DNA of 63,319 bases, filler included, from 5 parts of 5 records of this genome joined end to end with filler, not necessarily neighbours in it, one strand, 5' to 3'. Positions 1-9,591 are shown, numbered from the whole stretch's first letter. Notes: generated by a model from the sequence alone, not told the origin. Made by a program: numbers and translations.

Positions 1-1
1 A

Positions 2-76
2 CCAAAACTTGAAAACGAAAAGCCAACACCAGTGACAGTTAGCTATGACGAGCTAATCAAAGGCTGGCAAAAGTAA
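2..76 (+). CDS. 3' end of a probable sugar/polyol ABC transporter substrate-binding protein (resembles the C-terminus of the glycerol-type GlpV family); partial
   Basis: Manual translation of frame 2 gives PKLENEKPTPVTVSYDELIKGWQK*, followed by a hairpin. Family call is from recall of only 24 aa. Confidence 0.5.
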   Translation, partial: PKLENEKPTPVTVSYDELIKGWQK

Positions 77-104
77 GAACAAGTTATAAGACTTGGTAAT
101 AACG

Positions 105-135
105 AGGCCTATGCGCATAGATTGTGCATAGGCCT
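105..135 (+). terminator. Hairpin/putative terminator after the partial first gene
   Basis: Inverted repeat AGGCCTATGCGCA / TGTGCATAGGCCT; weak U tract. Confidence 0.5.
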
Positions 136-369
136 TCCACATTTCAATCCGGAGATTTTGTTTCCCCTAAAACAACTTTGGGTTTGATAAGCGGCGCTTC
201 GGTAGCAGGCGTAAGGATTGAAGAAATTTTAGTGAGGCTATCTGAATTGAGCCTGCAAGTTTTGAAAATTTCTTACATACCTACGCCATCTCAGCTCCGC
301 TACTGCTGATGAATCGTGAATAATTCGCCTATATCAGCGATATATCGCCGTATAACTACTTTTATGTAA

Positions 370-407
370 GAAAATTATTTACAAGAATGAATAATCCGGT
401 ATAGGCT
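370..407 (+). promoter_or_regulatory. Putative RpiR-type operator overlapping the -35 of the aldolase promoter
   Basis: GAAAATTATTTACA (370-383) contains TTTACA; TATAGG/TAGGCT lies 16-18 nt downstream; similar boxes recur at 3239-3436. Confidence 0.4.
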
Positions 408-500
408 GCCTTAATAATAAGTTTGCTGCGAAAATAAATTAATGCCGTATGCGGTAAATTTTTTTCGCGTGCGGGATCTCGAAAAAAGGCGGAAGTTAAG

Positions 501-1385
501 ATGGCATTTGTAACAATGGGTCCAATGTTGAAACAGGCGCAGGCCGCAGGTTATGGCATAGCTGCTTTTAACATGATCGACTATAACAGCGCTCGATCTA
601 TCGTTTCCGGCGCTTCTGATTTGAACGCGCCGATCATTCTTCAGGTATCAGTTAAAACCATTAAGCATTGGGGCTTTAAGCCTATTGCAACTTGGGTTCG
701 GATGCTGGCGGAAGATGTGGATGTGCCTGTTGCGCTGCATCTAGATCATTGCACAGATGAAGGTGTCATCCGAAACTGTATTGATGCTGGCTGGACATCC
801 GTCATGTTTGACGGCTCCGCACTACCGTTTGCGGAGAATAAAGAGCGCTCTGAAGCGATCTATAATATAACGCAAGCCGCAGGCGTGGGCTTGGAAGCCG
901 AAATCGGCGCGATTGGCGGCGTTGAAGACGATAAATTCGTTGCCGAAGATGCTTCAATTTTAGCTGATTATAGCGAATGTATTTCTTTTGTAGAAAATAT
1001 GCCTGAGCTTGCTGTTTTTGCTCCAGCTATTGGCACGGCACATGGTTTTTATAAGGGTGAGCCGAAGATTGACTACGCGCTTCTTAAGAAAATTACATCG
1101 GCAATTCCTATTCCCATTGCGCTGCATGGCGGCACTGGCCTCAATCAGCAGCAATTTGATAATTGCATTGCTGGCGGTTGCGCAAAGGTCAATATTTCAA
1201 CGATGCATAAAGATCGCTTCATTGCAGGTTTCTTAGGTGTCCGCACGGAAAACCCGACTTTGCAAGAGCCGTTGCCTTTCATCAATGGTCAATTTGACGC
1301 CATGAAGAAGGATGTAATTGATATGATCATCGCATTTGGATCACGTGACAAAGCACAACATGCTGCTGGTCTGGAGACTAAGTGA
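501..1385 (+). CDS. Class II fructose/tagatose-bisphosphate aldolase family protein
   Basis: LHLDH, SVMFDGS, EAEIG, IGTAHG, LHGGTG and KVNIST motifs. Confidence 0.93.
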   Translation: MAFVTMGPMLKQAQAAGYGIAAFNMIDYNSARSIVSGASDLNAPIILQVSVKTIKHWGFKPIATWVRMLAEDVDVPVALHLDHCTDEGVIRNCIDAGWTSVMFDGSALPFAENKERSEAIYNITQAAGVGLEAEIGAIGGVEDDKFVAEDASILADYSECISFVENMPELAVFAPAIGTAHGFYKGEPKIDYALLKKITSAIPIPIALHGGTGLNQQQFDNCIAGGCAKVNISTMHKDRFIAGFLGVRTENPTLQEPLPFINGQFDAMKKDVIDMIIAFGSRDKAQHAAGLETK

Positions 1386-2089
1386 TGTTGCAGGCAATTA
1401 TATTTGATTGCGACGGCGTTCTCGTGGATACGGAGCGAGATGGTCATCGTGTTGCTTTTAATAAAGCATTTGCGGCAATGGGCATCGACTGCCATTGGGG
1501 TGTGGAGCGTTATGGCGTGTTGCTGGGAACTGCAGGCGGAAAAGAACGAATGCGCCGCCATTTTGATGAAACGAAGTGGCCAATTGGGCACCCTGACCAA
1601 GACCTTTTGGTTGCCCAGGTTCATAAACTGAAAACTGAAATATTTATGGAGCTGATAGCATCGGGGGATTTGCCGCTTCGCGCTGGTGTTGAGCGCCTTG
1701 TGGATGAGGCTATTGCCGAAGGGGTTGCGCTTGCTGTGTGCTCCACATCTAATGAACGGGCTGTACAGGCTGTGGTTGATGTGATGTTAGGCTCTGAACG
1801 ATCAAGCAAAATTAAAGTCTTTGCTGGTGATGTCGTTGCTCAAAAAAAGCCAGCGCCAGACATATATAATCTAGCAGCGGAAACTTTGGGCGTAACGCCA
1901 CGCCATTGTGTGGTTGTCGAGGACAGCAACAATGGTCTGAGGGCTGCCAAGGCGGCAGGCATGAACTGTATCGTCACGATATCTTCCTATACCGGCGATG
2001 AAGATTTTTCACAGGCAAACAAGATAGTGTCAGACTTAGATTCAGGTGTGAACGTCAACCTTTGCAGGGGGCTGGCTGCACAGAATTAA
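1385..2089 (+). CDS. HAD-IA hydrolase, CbbY-like sugar-phosphate phosphatase
   Basis: DCDGVLVDTERDGHRVAFN, KKPAPDIY, VEDSNNG; TGATG overlap with the aldolase stop. Confidence 0.9.
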   Translation: MLQAIIFDCDGVLVDTERDGHRVAFNKAFAAMGIDCHWGVERYGVLLGTAGGKERMRRHFDETKWPIGHPDQDLLVAQVHKLKTEIFMELIASGDLPLRAGVERLVDEAIAEGVALAVCSTSNERAVQAVVDVMLGSERSSKIKVFAGDVVAQKKPAPDIYNLAAETLGVTPRHCVVVEDSNNGLRAAKAAGMNCIVTISSYTGDEDFSQANKIVSDLDSGVNVNLCRGLAAQN

Positions 2090-2129
2090 TACGTGGGCGG
2101 CCGAGTGTTTTTGATTGCTGAGCAGTCAT

Positions 2130-3047
2130 CTACTCGGCCCCGTGATTGCGGTAATGTTTTTCAAGTGCTGCGCCGGTTGACTGCAGGCTTTTCGATGTTT
2201 CTTCGCTTGTCCTAAACAGGCTGGCAACATAAAGTAGGTCAATCAAGAATAGCTGGCTTATGCGCCCTTCGAGGAAGTCGCCGTGCAGCGGCACGATTTG
2301 TTGCGAAGCGCCCCATGTTGTCAGCGCCACAGTTGCGGCTTTCGCAACACTTGAGTTAGGGTCACTGGTTATGGCAATTGTTGCCGCACCTTTTTCACGG
2401 GCCAAGAGCATTGCATCTGCAACAGTTTGCGTTGTGCCTGTATGCGAGATCCCGACCATTACATCTTTTGCGCCTAATGTAGAGGCAACGATTGTCTGCG
2501 TATAGCCATCGCAGTAGCTGGTGGCATCGAATCCAGCCTTCATATAAAGATGTGCCGCTTCATCGCAAATCGCTGCGGCGCCACCAACGCCCACAAAAAC
2601 AATTTTTCGAGCATTGTGCAGGGCTTCGACCACAAGATCTAAACGCTGCGCGTCAAGCATCCTATGTGTGCCTTCAATGCCAGAAATGAGCAAAGTTGAT
2701 AGTTTTCCGCTGGTCTCGATCAATGAATCATTGTCGTCAATTTCCAGTGGTAGGTTTACGAAAGAGCGGCGGCTGCGCGCACCTTCTGCAAGTGATAGCT
2801 TTAGATCGGGGTAGCCTCCATAGCCGAGAGCTCGGCTAACGCGGCTGATTGTTGCTTCGCTCACGCCGAGAGTTCTACCCATTTCAGTAATTGACGAATC
2901 GATGCGCTTACCTGCATTTTCGCGCAGGAAATCTGCGACGATACGTTCAGATTTTCTCAATGTGCCGTAACGTTCTTGAATTCTTTCCAATAGGTCACTT
3001 TGTTGCAAATCGGAAAGCGGGCGAGGTTCGGTCATTTTATTGTCCAT
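2130..3047 (-). CDS. RpiR/MurR family transcriptional regulator (HTH + SIS)
   Basis: VSEATISRVSRALGYGGYPDLK HTH; SIS motif ISHTGTT. Confidence 0.93.
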   Translation of the reverse strand: MDNKMTEPRPLSDLQQSDLLERIQERYGTLRKSERIVADFLRENAGKRIDSSITEMGRTLGVSEATISRVSRALGYGGYPDLKLSLAEGARSRRSFVNLPLEIDDNDSLIETSGKLSTLLISGIEGTHRMLDAQRLDLVVEALHNARKIVFVGVGGAAAICDEAAHLYMKAGFDATSYCDGYTQTIVASTLGAKDVMVGISHTGTTQTVADAMLLAREKGAATIAITSDPNSSVAKAATVALTTWGASQQIVPLHGDFLEGRISQLFLIDLLYVASLFRTSEETSKSLQSTGAALEKHYRNHGAE

Positions 3048-3238
3048 ATATTTGCAGCGGGGAGTGCATTTGTATAATTTTGAAAGAATGTAACATCTTC
3101 AATATTATAGCAAAAGTTTTCTTCGAATCTATATTATTACTCACATGCTATTTAGCGAAGCTTACTTGAAGTTCGAGAGCGCGCGATTTTTAGCCAATTC
3201 TTGTGAATGTTCTCACGCAGAAAAAGTGCATTTTTTGT

Positions 3239-3436
3239 GTAAATTATTTCCATAGATTATTATTTCTGAAATTTATTCAATTTCCGGCGCGGCAAATCGC
3301 GATAAAATGCACATTTTTGAAAATTAGTTTTCGATTAATTATCAATAAAAATCAATTATTTATAGGCTTATAGTCTGAAAATTATTCATATTTTGCGCGT
3401 AGGCGGCCCGAAAATACTTTATGAAGAAAATTTTCT
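3239..3436. promoter_or_regulatory. AT-rich divergent control region with repeated operator-like boxes
   Basis: GTAAATTATTTCCA 3239-3252, TGAAATTTATTCA 3267-3279, TGAAAATTATTCA 3376-3388, perfect palindrome AGAAAATTTTCT 3425-3436. Confidence 0.45.
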
Positions 3437-3508
3437 CGACATGCTATTTTCCTGATGCTATGAAGTTTTCAGCAATTCATAAAGTCTAATCCCAGGGAGG
3501 GGAAATCT

Positions 3509-4495
3509 ATGGCAGCTCGGGCAAAGCAATCGAATGCTCCATCGCGAGAGCTTTTGGAAAAACTTTTCAAAACAGCATATAAGATTCGCGTTTTTGAAAC
3601 TGAAGGCATCAAACTCTATCGTCAGGGTCTCATCCGTGGATATTTCCACCCTTATCTAGGGCAGGAAGGTATTGCCACTGGTGTGTGTGCGGCATTGACG
3701 GATGGAGACTACATCGCATCGACGCACCGAGGTCATGGTCATTGCATTGCATGGGGCGCTGACATCAACAAAATGGTTGCCGAGCTGTTGCAAAAGGAAA
3801 GCGGTTATTGTCGTGGCTATGGCGGTTCTATGCATATTGCCGATATTAAGTCTGGCAACTTGGGCGCTAACGGCATTGTTGGTGCGGGAACCCCGCTTGG
3901 TGTAGGTGCTGCGTTGGCATCGCAGATCGCTGGCACAGATGCTGTAACGGTGACTTTCACCACAGATGGCGCATCCAATAATGGCACTTTTCTGGAGTCG
4001 CTTAATCTTGCGGCTATTTGGAACCTTCCGTTTGTATTGGTGGTCGAAAATAACCAATACGCGGTGTCCACAAAAATTGAAGAATCGACGCGTGAAGTTG
4101 ATCTTTACAAGCGCGGCTTGAGCATCGGTGTGGAAAGCTACCAAGTTGATGGCAATGATTCCCTTGCGGTGTATGAAATGGCCAAAGAAGCGGTTGAGAA
4201 GTGCCGCCAAGGCAAAGGTCCAATTCTAATTGAAGCTAAAACATATCGCCATATGGGTCACCATGTGAACGACCCTGGCACTTATATGCCTGCGGAACGT
4301 CTTGCTTACTACAAAGAACGTGACCCAGTAGATCGCGCGCGCAATGCCCTCAAAGAAATGACTGGCATCGAACAAAGTGAAATCGATGCATTTGAAGGTG
4401 AAATCCTGAAAGAGTTTGAGGATGCCGTCGAGTTTTCGAAGGCGAGCCGTGAGATCACAATTGATGAATTCCGCGCATTCGCGGCCGAATATTGA
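3509..4495 (+). CDS. ThDP-dependent dehydrogenase E1 alpha subunit (AcoA/PdhA-like)
   Basis: GQEG, THRGHGH, GGSMH, GANGIVG, ENNQYA, TYRHMGH; ThDP motif reads TDGA rather than GDGA. Confidence 0.93.
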   Translation: MAARAKQSNAPSRELLEKLFKTAYKIRVFETEGIKLYRQGLIRGYFHPYLGQEGIATGVCAALTDGDYIASTHRGHGHCIAWGADINKMVAELLQKESGYCRGYGGSMHIADIKSGNLGANGIVGAGTPLGVGAALASQIAGTDAVTVTFTTDGASNNGTFLESLNLAAIWNLPFVLVVENNQYAVSTKIEESTREVDLYKRGLSIGVESYQVDGNDSLAVYEMAKEAVEKCRQGKGPILIEAKTYRHMGHHVNDPGTYMPAERLAYYKERDPVDRARNALKEMTGIEQSEIDAFEGEILKEFEDAVEFSKASREITIDEFRAFAAEY

Positions 4496-4516
4496 GTTAG
4501 CGGAGAGGAACCGGCT

Positions 4517-5521
4517 ATGTCTAGAGAAATTATGTACCGTGATGCGCTCCGTGAAGCGATCGACGAGGAAATGGAACGCGACGCTTCAATTTTCATGATT
4601 GGAGAGGGAATTGCCGAACGAGGCGGTTCTTATAAGGTGAGCGAAGGACTTTTGGAGAAATATGGCTCCAAACGTATTCGTGACACACCGATTGCCGAGG
4701 CAGGCATGATTGGTGTTGGTGTCGGCGCTGCTATTGCAGGTGCCCGTCCGATTGTTGAAATTTTGTATGTCGATTTTGCCATGCTCGGCATGGATATGTT
4801 GGTCAACCAGGCTGCAAAATTCCGACTTATGACGGGCGGCGATGGGCGCGTGCCATTTATCATGCGCACACAAGGAGGCACCGGCGGCGGTGTTGCTGCG
4901 CAGCATTCGCAGAGCCTTGAGGCCCTATTCTATCACATTCCTGGCCTGCAGGTGGTTATGCCATCTGTGCCCGCAGATGCCAAAGGCTTGCTTAAGTATG
5001 CTTTGCGTCAGTCTGATCCAGTGATGTTCCTGGAACACAAGCACCTTTATATGACGAAGGGGATGGTTCCTGAAGGCGAGCATATTGTTGAGTTTGGTAA
5101 GGCAGACATTAAGCGCGCCGGTAAAGATGTAACAATCATTGCTTGGTCTAATATGATCCCGCGTGCTTTGGCAGCGGCGGAGGTTTTGGCTCAAGAAGGT
5201 ATTGATGCGGAAGTTTTAGATCCGCGCACTTTGGTTCCTCTCGATAAGGCTGCCATTCTGGCATCGGTTGCTAAAACCAACCGTGTGGTGATTGCACAGG
5301 AAGCCGTGCGGCGCGGCGGTGTTGCCTCCGATATTGCGTCCATTATTCAAGAAGAAGCCTTCTATAATTTAGACGCACCAATAGAAATTGTTGCAGGCCT
5401 TAACATTCCAGTCCCATTCAACCTTGAACTTGAAAAGGCCAGCGTTCCGCAAGTTGACGATATTGTTGCCGCCGCGCGGCGGTCACTTAACCCCACATCC
5501 TTTTCGCTCGCGGCGGAATGA
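4517..5521 (+). CDS. ThDP-dependent dehydrogenase E1 beta subunit (AcoB/PdhB-like)
   Basis: DTPIAE, AAQHSQSLE, DPVMFLEHK, DPRTLVPLD. Confidence 0.93.
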   Translation: MSREIMYRDALREAIDEEMERDASIFMIGEGIAERGGSYKVSEGLLEKYGSKRIRDTPIAEAGMIGVGVGAAIAGARPIVEILYVDFAMLGMDMLVNQAAKFRLMTGGDGRVPFIMRTQGGTGGGVAAQHSQSLEALFYHIPGLQVVMPSVPADAKGLLKYALRQSDPVMFLEHKHLYMTKGMVPEGEHIVEFGKADIKRAGKDVTIIAWSNMIPRALAAAEVLAQEGIDAEVLDPRTLVPLDKAAILASVAKTNRVVIAQEAVRRGGVASDIASIIQEEAFYNLDAPIEIVAGLNIPVPFNLELEKASVPQVDDIVAAARRSLNPTSFSLAAE

Positions 5522-5552
5522 CGGGTCATTTATCTCAGGGAGGAGTATGACT

Positions 5553-6773
5553 ATGTCTAAACACGTACTTGAAAAATTGGCGGATACAAATCCTGAATGT
5601 GAGATTTGGTGGGATTCATCCCCGCTCATTTATTCACACTGGAAAAACTCATTATTGAAAGATGCGCCAAAGGATAAACATGCGGAATGGGATGCTCAGT
5701 TGACGCGTCTCTTTGATCCAGAACATGCTGCTAAAACAGGTGAAATGGAATTTAGGGGCGTTACAACCAACCCGCCGCTTTCATTGCAGGCCATCCAAGT
5801 TGATCCAGACTTTTGGGCAGACGAGATCCGCAAAAAGGCTGCAGTCATTGGCTCTGATGATATTGAAGCCATCTACTGGTCAATTTATCTGGATGTCGTG
5901 CGCCGCGGCGCAGCGATGATTGAAAAAGTCTATAGTGCCAGTAACGGCAAATATGGGTTTGTTTCTGGTCAGGTTGACCCTCGCTTTGTTTCCGATAAGG
6001 CAAGTATGCTGGAACAGGGTATGCAACTGGCCGCGATTGCGCCCAACGTTATGGTTAAAGTGCCTGGTTCAAAGGAAGGTTATGAAGTTATCGAAGTGCT
6101 TACCGCACTTGGTATTTCGACTAACAACACGACATCTTTCACCGTACCGCAATATGTCGCATGCATGAATGCAGTTTCACGCGGTCTTGAACGTGCAAAG
6201 GCAAATGGCGTTGATTTGTCTAAGTGGCGTTCGGTTATTACGCATATGTCTTCACGATTAGGCAATGTGGGTGACCTGAAAGCTCAGGCTGAAGCGCGCG
6301 GCATTGACCTGACACCTGAGGATATTATTTACGGCGAATTAGCCGTTCTAAAACGTGCATATCGCTATGGAAAAGAGCGCAACCATCCAAGTAAGATGTT
6401 GCAATGTTCCATGCGTGTGCTTGACGAAGGGCCAGGCGGAGAGGCCTCAAGTTGGCATATTTCAAAAATTGCTGGTGGTGATTTCGTTTATACGTGCCCG
6501 CCTGGATATATCGCCCAACTGATGCAGGCTGAAGATCGTTTGCCAGAATTTGACGCAGGCGCAATCGACGAAGATGCGCCGATTGAAACGATGGAAAAGC
6601 TTCTGCAGCTTCCATACTTCCGGCAAGCCTATGAATTTGATGGGATGCGCCCAGAAGAATTTTCCCAGTTTGGCGCTTTCGTTGTGACTGCATCAGAATT
6701 TGCTGCTGCCACGAGAAAGACAGTCGATTTTGTAGCCCACTCGGTCGAATCAATCAGACGCCGGGTGGCTTGA
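5553..6773 (+). CDS. Long transaldolase-family protein
   Basis: WWDS, GVTTNP, GFVSGQVDPR, Schiff-base VMVKVP; start placed after GGAGGAG RBS (ATG 5547 is an alternative). Confidence 0.82.
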   Translation: MSKHVLEKLADTNPECEIWWDSSPLIYSHWKNSLLKDAPKDKHAEWDAQLTRLFDPEHAAKTGEMEFRGVTTNPPLSLQAIQVDPDFWADEIRKKAAVIGSDDIEAIYWSIYLDVVRRGAAMIEKVYSASNGKYGFVSGQVDPRFVSDKASMLEQGMQLAAIAPNVMVKVPGSKEGYEVIEVLTALGISTNNTTSFTVPQYVACMNAVSRGLERAKANGVDLSKWRSVITHMSSRLGNVGDLKAQAEARGIDLTPEDIIYGELAVLKRAYRYGKERNHPSKMLQCSMRVLDEGPGGEASSWHISKIAGGDFVYTCPPGYIAQLMQAEDRLPEFDAGAIDEDAPIETMEKLLQLPYFRQAYEFDGMRPEEFSQFGAFVVTASEFAAATRKTVDFVAHSVESIRRRVA

Positions 6774-6790
6774 GAAAGAGAGATTACGTT

Positions 6791-8077
6791 ATGGCACGTC
6801 CCATACTTATGCCGCAGGTTGGACAGGATCTAACCGAAGGTAAGCTGAATGCGCTTCATGTAAAAGTTGGCGATAAAGTGAAAAAAGGCGACATTGTTGC
6901 CGAGGTCGAATCCGAAAAAGCGGTTTTTGAAGTTGAGGCTTTTGAAACCGGAACCGTACTAGAAGTGCGCTATCAAGTTGGCGATATGGCCATTGTTCTT
7001 GAACCACTGATTATGGTCGGTGAAGAGGGTGAAGTTCTTGAAAGCGCACCGGCTACCGCCGTTTCGCAGATTGAAAGTGAAGTCAAACCAGTTGTTGCTG
7101 CTGCGCCTCCTGCATCTGAAACAACTCCAGTGGTTGCGATTACTCCAGCAAGCTCAAGTGTTGGCGGATCTTCACCATTGGCGCGCAGACTGGCTGCTGT
7201 TGGTGGCATCGAGATCGATTCCGTCAAAGGTAGCGGGCCGCGCGGGGCCGTTTTAAAGAGGGATATAGAGGCATTTCAGCAAAACGGTAAAACGTCCTCG
7301 ACAAAAAGTACCCAAGGCGCATTACCAATAAAATGCCTTCAGTCCGGCGTTGGTGATCCGGTCTTGCTAATCCACGGTTTCGGTGGTGAGCTTTCTGCTT
7401 GGCGATCATTTATCGGCCTCTTGAGGGTTCCAAATCCAATCTTTGCGCTTGATCTTCCCGCGCATGGCTCTGCTGCCAACATTGTAGCTCGTGACTTTGA
7501 TGATTTGGTTGCGGCCGTTTGTGCGACATTGGTCAGTGAAGATATGGGGACAGTGCATCTGGTTGGTCATTCACTGGGCGCGGCAATTGCTGCCAGCGTT
7601 GCTGACAGTGGTGCTTCAGATGTTCGCTCATTGTCGCTTATTTCGACAGCAGGTTTGGGCGCTAAAATTAATGGTGACTATATTAGTGGTTTCCTTTCTG
7701 CGTCCAGCGAGGCAGCTTTGAAAGTTTGGTTGGGATTACTTGTTAGTAATCCCGCCTCTTTGCCCGACGTATTGGTCAGGGCGACATTGGAGGCTCGAGA
7801 AAGCAGCGATATGGCCGCTAATCAGCGTTTGTTGGCTGCCGGTGTTTTCTCTGGAAGCACACAGCTGTTCTCAATTCGCGATGCATTGCAGCGTTACAGC
7901 GGACCAGCAAGGCTTATTGTCGGACGCGATGATCAGATTGTCCCGGTTGAGCAATCCGACACATTGCCTGCAAATGTTGGGCTCTACCGTCTCCCGCATG
8001 TTGGCCATTTGCCTCAGCTTGAAGCTGCTCCACTTGTTGGGCGTCTTATTGCTGAAAATATACGGAGTGCTGGTTAG
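6791..8077 (+). CDS. AcoC-like E2: lipoyl domain + E3-binding domain + alpha/beta hydrolase (no acyltransferase core)
   Basis: Lipoyl motif EVESEKA; SPLARRLA...GSGPRGAVLKRD; HGFGG, GHSLG, GRDDQI, GHLPQLE catalytic triad. Confidence 0.88.
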   Translation: MARPILMPQVGQDLTEGKLNALHVKVGDKVKKGDIVAEVESEKAVFEVEAFETGTVLEVRYQVGDMAIVLEPLIMVGEEGEVLESAPATAVSQIESEVKPVVAAAPPASETTPVVAITPASSSVGGSSPLARRLAAVGGIEIDSVKGSGPRGAVLKRDIEAFQQNGKTSSTKSTQGALPIKCLQSGVGDPVLLIHGFGGELSAWRSFIGLLRVPNPIFALDLPAHGSAANIVARDFDDLVAAVCATLVSEDMGTVHLVGHSLGAAIAASVADSGASDVRSLSLISTAGLGAKINGDYISGFLSASSEAALKVWLGLLVSNPASLPDVLVRATLEARESSDMAANQRLLAAGVFSGSTQLFSIRDALQRYSGPARLIVGRDDQIVPVEQSDTLPANVGLYRLPHVGHLPQLEAAPLVGRLIAENIRSAG

Positions 8078-8167
8078 CAGCACTCCTCTCCCGGATAGCG
8101 CAGCGGTCATAAGAACGCTGCGCTATTGGAGGGCTATATCAACGATGACTGTTTAAGGAGATCGTGC

Positions 8168-9580
8168 ATGTCCAGCTATGATGTGATCGTTATTGGTGCA
8201 GGTCCCGGTGGCTATGTTGCTGCCATCCGTGCCGCTCAGCTGGGCCTTAAAGTCGCCATTGTTGAACGCCGACATTTGGGCGGAATTTGCCTGAATTGGG
8301 GCTGTATTCCAACAAAATCCTTATTGCATTCAACCGAAGTGCTCCAAGATATAAAATCTGCGCCCACATTTGGCATCAATACCGGCGACGCATTGCCTAG
8401 CTTAGCGAAGATGGTTGAGCGTTCGCGCGGTGTCGCGGGGCAGCTCAATGCTGGCGTGCAGTTTTTGTTGCGCAAAAATAAGATCGATACAATTTGGGGC
8501 GAGGCTGAGCTTGTTGATAAGGGCTTGGTGCGTGTGAAGCCTTCGGCTGGGACATTGCCCAAAGATGCTTTGCCTGCGGGCGACTATCAAGGTGCTCATA
8601 TCATTCTTGCAACCGGTGCGCGGGAACGCGTGTTGGCCGGTTTAGAGCCCGATGGCCAGCGCATCTGGTCTTATCATCATGCGATGACCGCTTCTGAGAC
8701 GCCTGAGTCTCTTACCATTGTGGGCGGCGGTGCTATTGGCGTAGAATTTGCCAGTATATACGCTGCTATGGGTACAAAGGTTACGCTTGTCGAAAGCATG
8801 GGCCGTATCCTGCCGCAGGAAGATGCTGAAATAGCGGACCTGATGTCCAAAGCATTGAAAAAGAAGGGCATCGAGATTGCTTGTAATGCGAGAGTTACTT
8901 CTGCTGCCATTTCGGGCTCGGGCCTGTCCGTCGATATCTCGCAGGACGATGGCGAGCGGATGGTTATTCAAACACAACGGCTTTTATCCGCGGTTGGCGT
9001 GGTGGCAAATATTGAAGGCCTTGGATTGGAAAGTCTTGGTGTTGAGATCAAAAATGGCGTTGTTTGCACGGGCAATCATGGTGCAACAAATGTTGCGGGC
9101 ATCTATGCGATTGGCGATATTGCAGGTCCACCTATGCTTGCGCATAAGGCTGAGCATGAAGGTGTGCTCTGCGCCGAATCCATTGCAGGCAAGGCCCAGC
9201 ACTCAACTTTGGGGCCTGTGCCGTCATGTGTCTTTGCCCATCCACAGTTGGCATCAATTGGCCTGACAGAAGAACAAGCACAAGCCAAAGGCATCCGTGT
9301 TGAAGTTGGACGCTTTAGCTTTAGAGGCAATGGTAAAGCCGTCACTTTAGCGCAGACCGACGGCATGATTAAAGTCGTGTTCGACGCGGCCACAAATGAA
9401 CTTGTTGGTGCGCATATGATTGGTCCAACTGTCAGTGAAATGATTGGTTTTTTCTCATTGGCATTAAACCTCAATGCGACGCGTGAGCAGATTTTAAAGA
9501 CGGTACTTCCACACCCTACTTTGTCTGAAGCAATGTATGAGGCCGTTCTTGCCTCTGAAAATCGTGCCATTCATGCATAG
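8168..9580 (+). CDS. lpdA: Dihydrolipoyl dehydrogenase (E3)
   Basis: GAGPGG, GGICLNWGCIPTK, GGGAIG, HPTLSE. Confidence 0.95.
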   Translation: MSSYDVIVIGAGPGGYVAAIRAAQLGLKVAIVERRHLGGICLNWGCIPTKSLLHSTEVLQDIKSAPTFGINTGDALPSLAKMVERSRGVAGQLNAGVQFLLRKNKIDTIWGEAELVDKGLVRVKPSAGTLPKDALPAGDYQGAHIILATGARERVLAGLEPDGQRIWSYHHAMTASETPESLTIVGGGAIGVEFASIYAAMGTKVTLVESMGRILPQEDAEIADLMSKALKKKGIEIACNARVTSAAISGSGLSVDISQDDGERMVIQTQRLLSAVGVVANIEGLGLESLGVEIKNGVVCTGNHGATNVAGIYAIGDIAGPPMLAHKAEHEGVLCAESIAGKAQHSTLGPVPSCVFAHPQLASIGLTEEQAQAKGIRVEVGRFSFRGNGKAVTLAQTDGMIKVVFDAATNELVGAHMIGPTVSEMIGFFSLALNLNATREQILKTVLPHPTLSEAMYEAVLASENRAIHA

Positions 9581-9591
9581 GAACATATGAA

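Noticed and set aside
124-309. 61-aa ORF between the first hairpin and the aldolase promoter
   Set aside because: No RBS, starts inside a hairpin, no motif; likely spurious
5388-5546. Upstream in-frame extensions in the ORF track (also 10303, 11216, 34756, 40711, 41831, 48514)
   Set aside because: They overlap neighbouring genes or regulatory DNA. Downstream starts with an RBS and family-typical N-termini fit better.
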